The translations under genes and the position numbers were made by a program. A stretch of DNA of 64,000 nucleotides from assembly GCA_946055075.1 (NCBI GenBank), contig CAMGEN010000002.1, positions 1,174 through 65,173 on the forward strand, given 5' to 3'. The stretch comes from an uncultured Verrucomicrobiota bacterium (lineage in GTDB: Bacteria; Verrucomicrobiota; Kiritimatiellia; RFP12; UBA1067). Under the pieces are notes generated by a model. That model was not told where the DNA came from. It did not search any database and saw only the letters and a program-made list of their open reading frames with translations. Positions 61,624-64,000 of the stretch are shown piece after piece; position 1 is the first letter of the stretch; every line of letters starts with the position of its first letter.

Positions 61624-62349
61624 TTAACGAAAATTGACGTTGATCACCGCCATAATCGGAAGGGCTCCGTTGGCGTTGAGGTTCAGCAGACCGATCTGCG
61701 CGCCGGCGTGGTCGTCGGAAGCGTTGAAGAGACCGACCTGGAGTCCGTTCGAATGCCCGAACACCATATTGAACACGCCGATCTGGCAACCGCCGAGATT
61801 ACCCTTGCAGTAGTTCACGAAACCGACCGCTCCGCCCTCGAAATCGGCGGTGCCGACGTTGATCGCGCCGAGTGCAAGGCCGGTATTGAGACCCGCATCC
61901 CAGTTGATCAGGCCAGCCTGGATACCGGTATAGGCACCAGAGAAGTTGAAGCAGCCGAGCTCGACACCGGCGCCGTCATCCAGACCCCAGTTGACGATAC
62001 CCGCGATCTGAAGCCCGTACGTGATCTTCGTGGTGAAGCTGCCGATAGGAGCGATTTCGACACCACGGAAGAAGCCGTCGATGAAATTGAAGCAGTTGAG
62101 CTGGAGCCCGTAGCAATTGCCGCGGTTGGCGCCGACAAGACCGAAGTCGAGGCCGAACGTATCAAGCGACTGTCCGTAAAGGATGTTGGCACGGACACCG
62201 TAGACGTTACGCTCGGCCCAAGGAAGCCCTAAAGGAGAGACGAGATTGATTTCGATGGGAGTAGCCCAACGCTCTTCATTAATATCGTCTTCCGCGAAGA
62301 CGTTTCCGACAAGCGCGACAAGCGCGGCGGCCATGAGGAGTTTCTTCAT
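61624..62349 (-). CDS. Secreted repeat protein with ~11 G-[LVI]-Q/E-x-G-[LVI]-x-N units
   Basis: Signal MKKLLMAAALVALVGNVFA. Units include YGLQLNCFNF, YGLQIAGIVNW, TGIQAGLINW, GGCQIGVFNM, NGLQVGLFNA, AGAQIGLLNL. Confidence 0.7.
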   Translation of the reverse strand: MKKLLMAAALVALVGNVFAEDDINEERWATPIEINLVSPLGLPWAERNVYGVRANILYGQSLDTFGLDFGLVGANRGNCYGLQLNCFNFIDGFFRGVEIAPIGSFTTKITYGLQIAGIVNWGLDDGAGVELGCFNFSGAYTGIQAGLINWDAGLNTGLALGAINVGTADFEGGAVGFVNYCKGNLGGCQIGVFNMVFGHSNGLQVGLFNASDDHAGAQIGLLNLNANGALPIMAVINVNFR

Positions 62350-62379
62350 CTGATTTATTCCTTTCGCTGGTGGTTTAGA

Positions 62380-64000
62380 TTAGAATTCAAGGGCCTCGTA
62401 AACCATGGCGATGAATTCGCCGTAGTTCATGCGCTTCTGCTCCATGGTATCACGGTCACGGACAGTGAACGTGCCATCCTGGACCGACTGGGCATCGACG
62501 GTGATGCACCAGGGCGTGCCAGCCTCGTCCTGACGGCGATAGCGGCGGCCGATGGCACCGGAGACATCCCACTGACAGTTAAACTTCTTCTGGAGCTTCG
62601 TGAAGAGGTCGCGCGCGAACTTCATCTGCGCCTCGTCCTTCTTGATGAGCGGGAAGACCGCCACCTTGACCGGGGCGACCTTCGGGGAGAAATGCAGCAC
62701 CGTACGGACATCCTCCTTGCCCTTCTCGTCCGTAAGCTTCTGCTCCTCATACGCCTCGCAGAGAAGCGCGAGCATCAGACGGTCGACGCCGGCAGACGGC
62801 TCGATGACGTGCGGGATGTACTTGCCGTCGAAAAGGTTGAGGCAGAACTTCTCGGCTGCGGCCGCAATCTCCGCCTTCTGCTCGTCGGTGAACGGAACGG
62901 ACTTCCCGGCCTTCGCATCCGCAGCCTTCTGCTTGCGGTCGAGCCACTCGGCCTGGGTCTTCGCGATAAACGCCTTACGCGCCGCCTCGTCGAGCTTCTT
63001 CGCCGCCTGCTTCAGCGGATCGTCGAAGAACATCTGCGACTCGCCGGACCACTTCTGATGCTGCGTGAGGTCGAAGTCGCTGCGCGCGGCGATACCCTCG
63101 AGCTCCTGCACGCCGAACGGGAACGAGTATTCGATATCAACCGTCGCGCGGGCGTAGTGGGCGAGCTCGTCCGGCTTCTGCCAGTACTCGACGAAATGCT
63201 CGGTCGGCAGACCCACCGCATTGAGGAAACGCTTACGCTGCTCGACCCAGTACTTGTGCCAGACCTCCCAACCCCAGTCGTCCTGCACGGGACCGTTGAT
63301 GTCGGGATTGTCGGCGAGCGTCACCACATGACCGTGGAGGATCTCCACCGCCTCATCAGGACGGATGAAGAACTCGAGCTCCATCTGCTCGAACTCGCGG
63401 CTGCGGAACGTGTAGTTGCGCGGCGTGACCTCGTTGCGGAAGCTCTTGCCCATCTGCGCGATGCCGTAGGGGACCGCCATACGGGAGGTCGCCGTAACGT
63501 TGTTGAACTGCGCGAAGATCGCCTGGGCGGTCTCGGGCCTGAGATACGCGACGTTCGAAGGATCCTCGATCGGACCAACGATCGTCTTGAACATGAGGTT
63601 GAACGGCTTCGGCTCGGTGAGCTCGCCGCCGCAGTACGGACAAAATTCACCAATTTCTCGACCTCGACCTCCAACCTCTACCTGTGCCTTCGGCACCGGC
63701 TTCTTCTTCTGATCGGCGTAGATATCCTTCACCTGGTCGGCGCGCATCAGCTTCTTGCAGTCCTTGCACATCGTCATCGGATCGGCGAAGGTGTCGAGAT
63801 GGCCGGACGCCTTCCAGATCTTCGGATTCATGATGATCGTCGCATCGAGACCCGCGACATCCTCGCGTCCGCGGACCGTAGCCTGCCACCAGGCCTGCTT
63901 CACATTCGCCTTCAGCTCGCAACCAAGCGGACCGTAATCCCAGAAGCCGGGCATGCCGCCGTAGATCTCGGACGAGTGATAAATGAATCCGCGACGCTTG
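62380..64000 (-). CDS. glyQS: Glycine-tRNA ligase (dimeric class II type); 5' end beyond the window
   Basis: The frame is open upstream of the listed Met (…RRGFIYHSSEIYGGMPGFWDYGPLG). Motif 2/3 pattern and a C-terminal anticodon-binding domain. Confidence 0.92.
   Translation of the reverse strand, partial: KRRGFIYHSSEIYGGMPGFWDYGPLGCELKANVKQAWWQATVRGREDVAGLDATIIMNPKIWKASGHLDTFADPMTMCKDCKKLMRADQVKDIYADQKKKPVPKAQVEVGGRGREIGEFCPYCGGELTEPKPFNLMFKTIVGPIEDPSNVAYLRPETAQAIFAQFNNVTATSRMAVPYGIAQMGKSFRNEVTPRNYTFRSREFEQMELEFFIRPDEAVEILHGHVVTLADNPDINGPVQDDWGWEVWHKYWVEQRKRFLNAVGLPTEHFVEYWQKPDELAHYARATVDIEYSFPFGVQELEGIAARSDFDLTQHQKWSGESQMFFDDPLKQAAKKLDEAARKAFIAKTQAEWLDRKQKAADAKAGKSVPFTDEQKAEIAAAAEKFCLNLFDGKYIPHVIEPSAGVDRLMLALLCEAYEEQKLTDEKGKEDVRTVLHFSPKVAPVKVAVFPLIKKDEAQMKFARDLFTKLQKKFNCQWDVSGAIGRRYRRQDEAGTPWCITVDAQSVQDGTFTVRDRDTMEQKRMNYGEFIAMVYEALEF
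63655..63684 (-). repeat. TCRACC-family 30-mer in-frame in glyQS
   Basis: TTCTCGACCTCGACCTCCAACCTCTACCTG, encoding QVEVGGRGRE. Same frame and orientation as the murC-murB copy. Confidence 0.92.

Noticed and set aside
9723-63684. Short repeat arrays as a CRISPR array or IS/MITE with transposase
   Set aside because: There are no regularly spaced unique spacers and no cas or transposase genes in the window. The units are 6-7 nt and the arrays are under 85 nt. They are reported instead as dispersed micro-repeat families.

Overview
This is 64 kb of a moderately GC-rich bacterial chromosome. It is almost entirely coding, and nearly all genes are on the minus strand; only a pilMNOPQ-like block at 3.0-7.8 kb is on plus. 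Many genes are chained by ATGA/TGATG start-stop overlaps.

Contents:
(1) A sigma-54-wired type IV pilus/T2SS-like locus: a GT-C-like membrane protein, a prepilin, an NtrC-family activator, PilM/N/O/P-like proteins, a secretin and rpoN.
(2) Housekeeping genes: ligA, kdsB, asd, lepA, purD, scpAB, a murC-murB fusion, rplY-rpsF-ssb-rpsR-rplI, ribBA, pyrE, era, tRNA-Ser(GCU), citrate synthase and glyQS.
(3) A Flp/Tad-type pilin and pseudopilin operon with no assembly machinery in the window. It includes a 57-aa TTG-start Flp gene that is absent from the ORF track.
(4) Glycan genes (GH3, GH31, GH2, nagA, a murU-amgK fusion), an Mla-like transporter, and ExbB/ExbD with a large TPR protein.

The most unusual signals are not genes. 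Two dispersed short-repeat families are translated in-frame inside conserved housekeeping genes and also sit exactly on cistron junctions: NNGGAAY heptamer arrays and a roughly 30-nt TCGACC/TCAACC element. In addition, one extended -10 motif (TTTTTGRTATAAT) recurs 11 times and partitions the window into about 9 long transcription units, several of them apparently leaderless.

I saw no CRISPR array, transposase, integrase or rRNA. A PVC-superphylum-like origin is only a guess, based on gene content.
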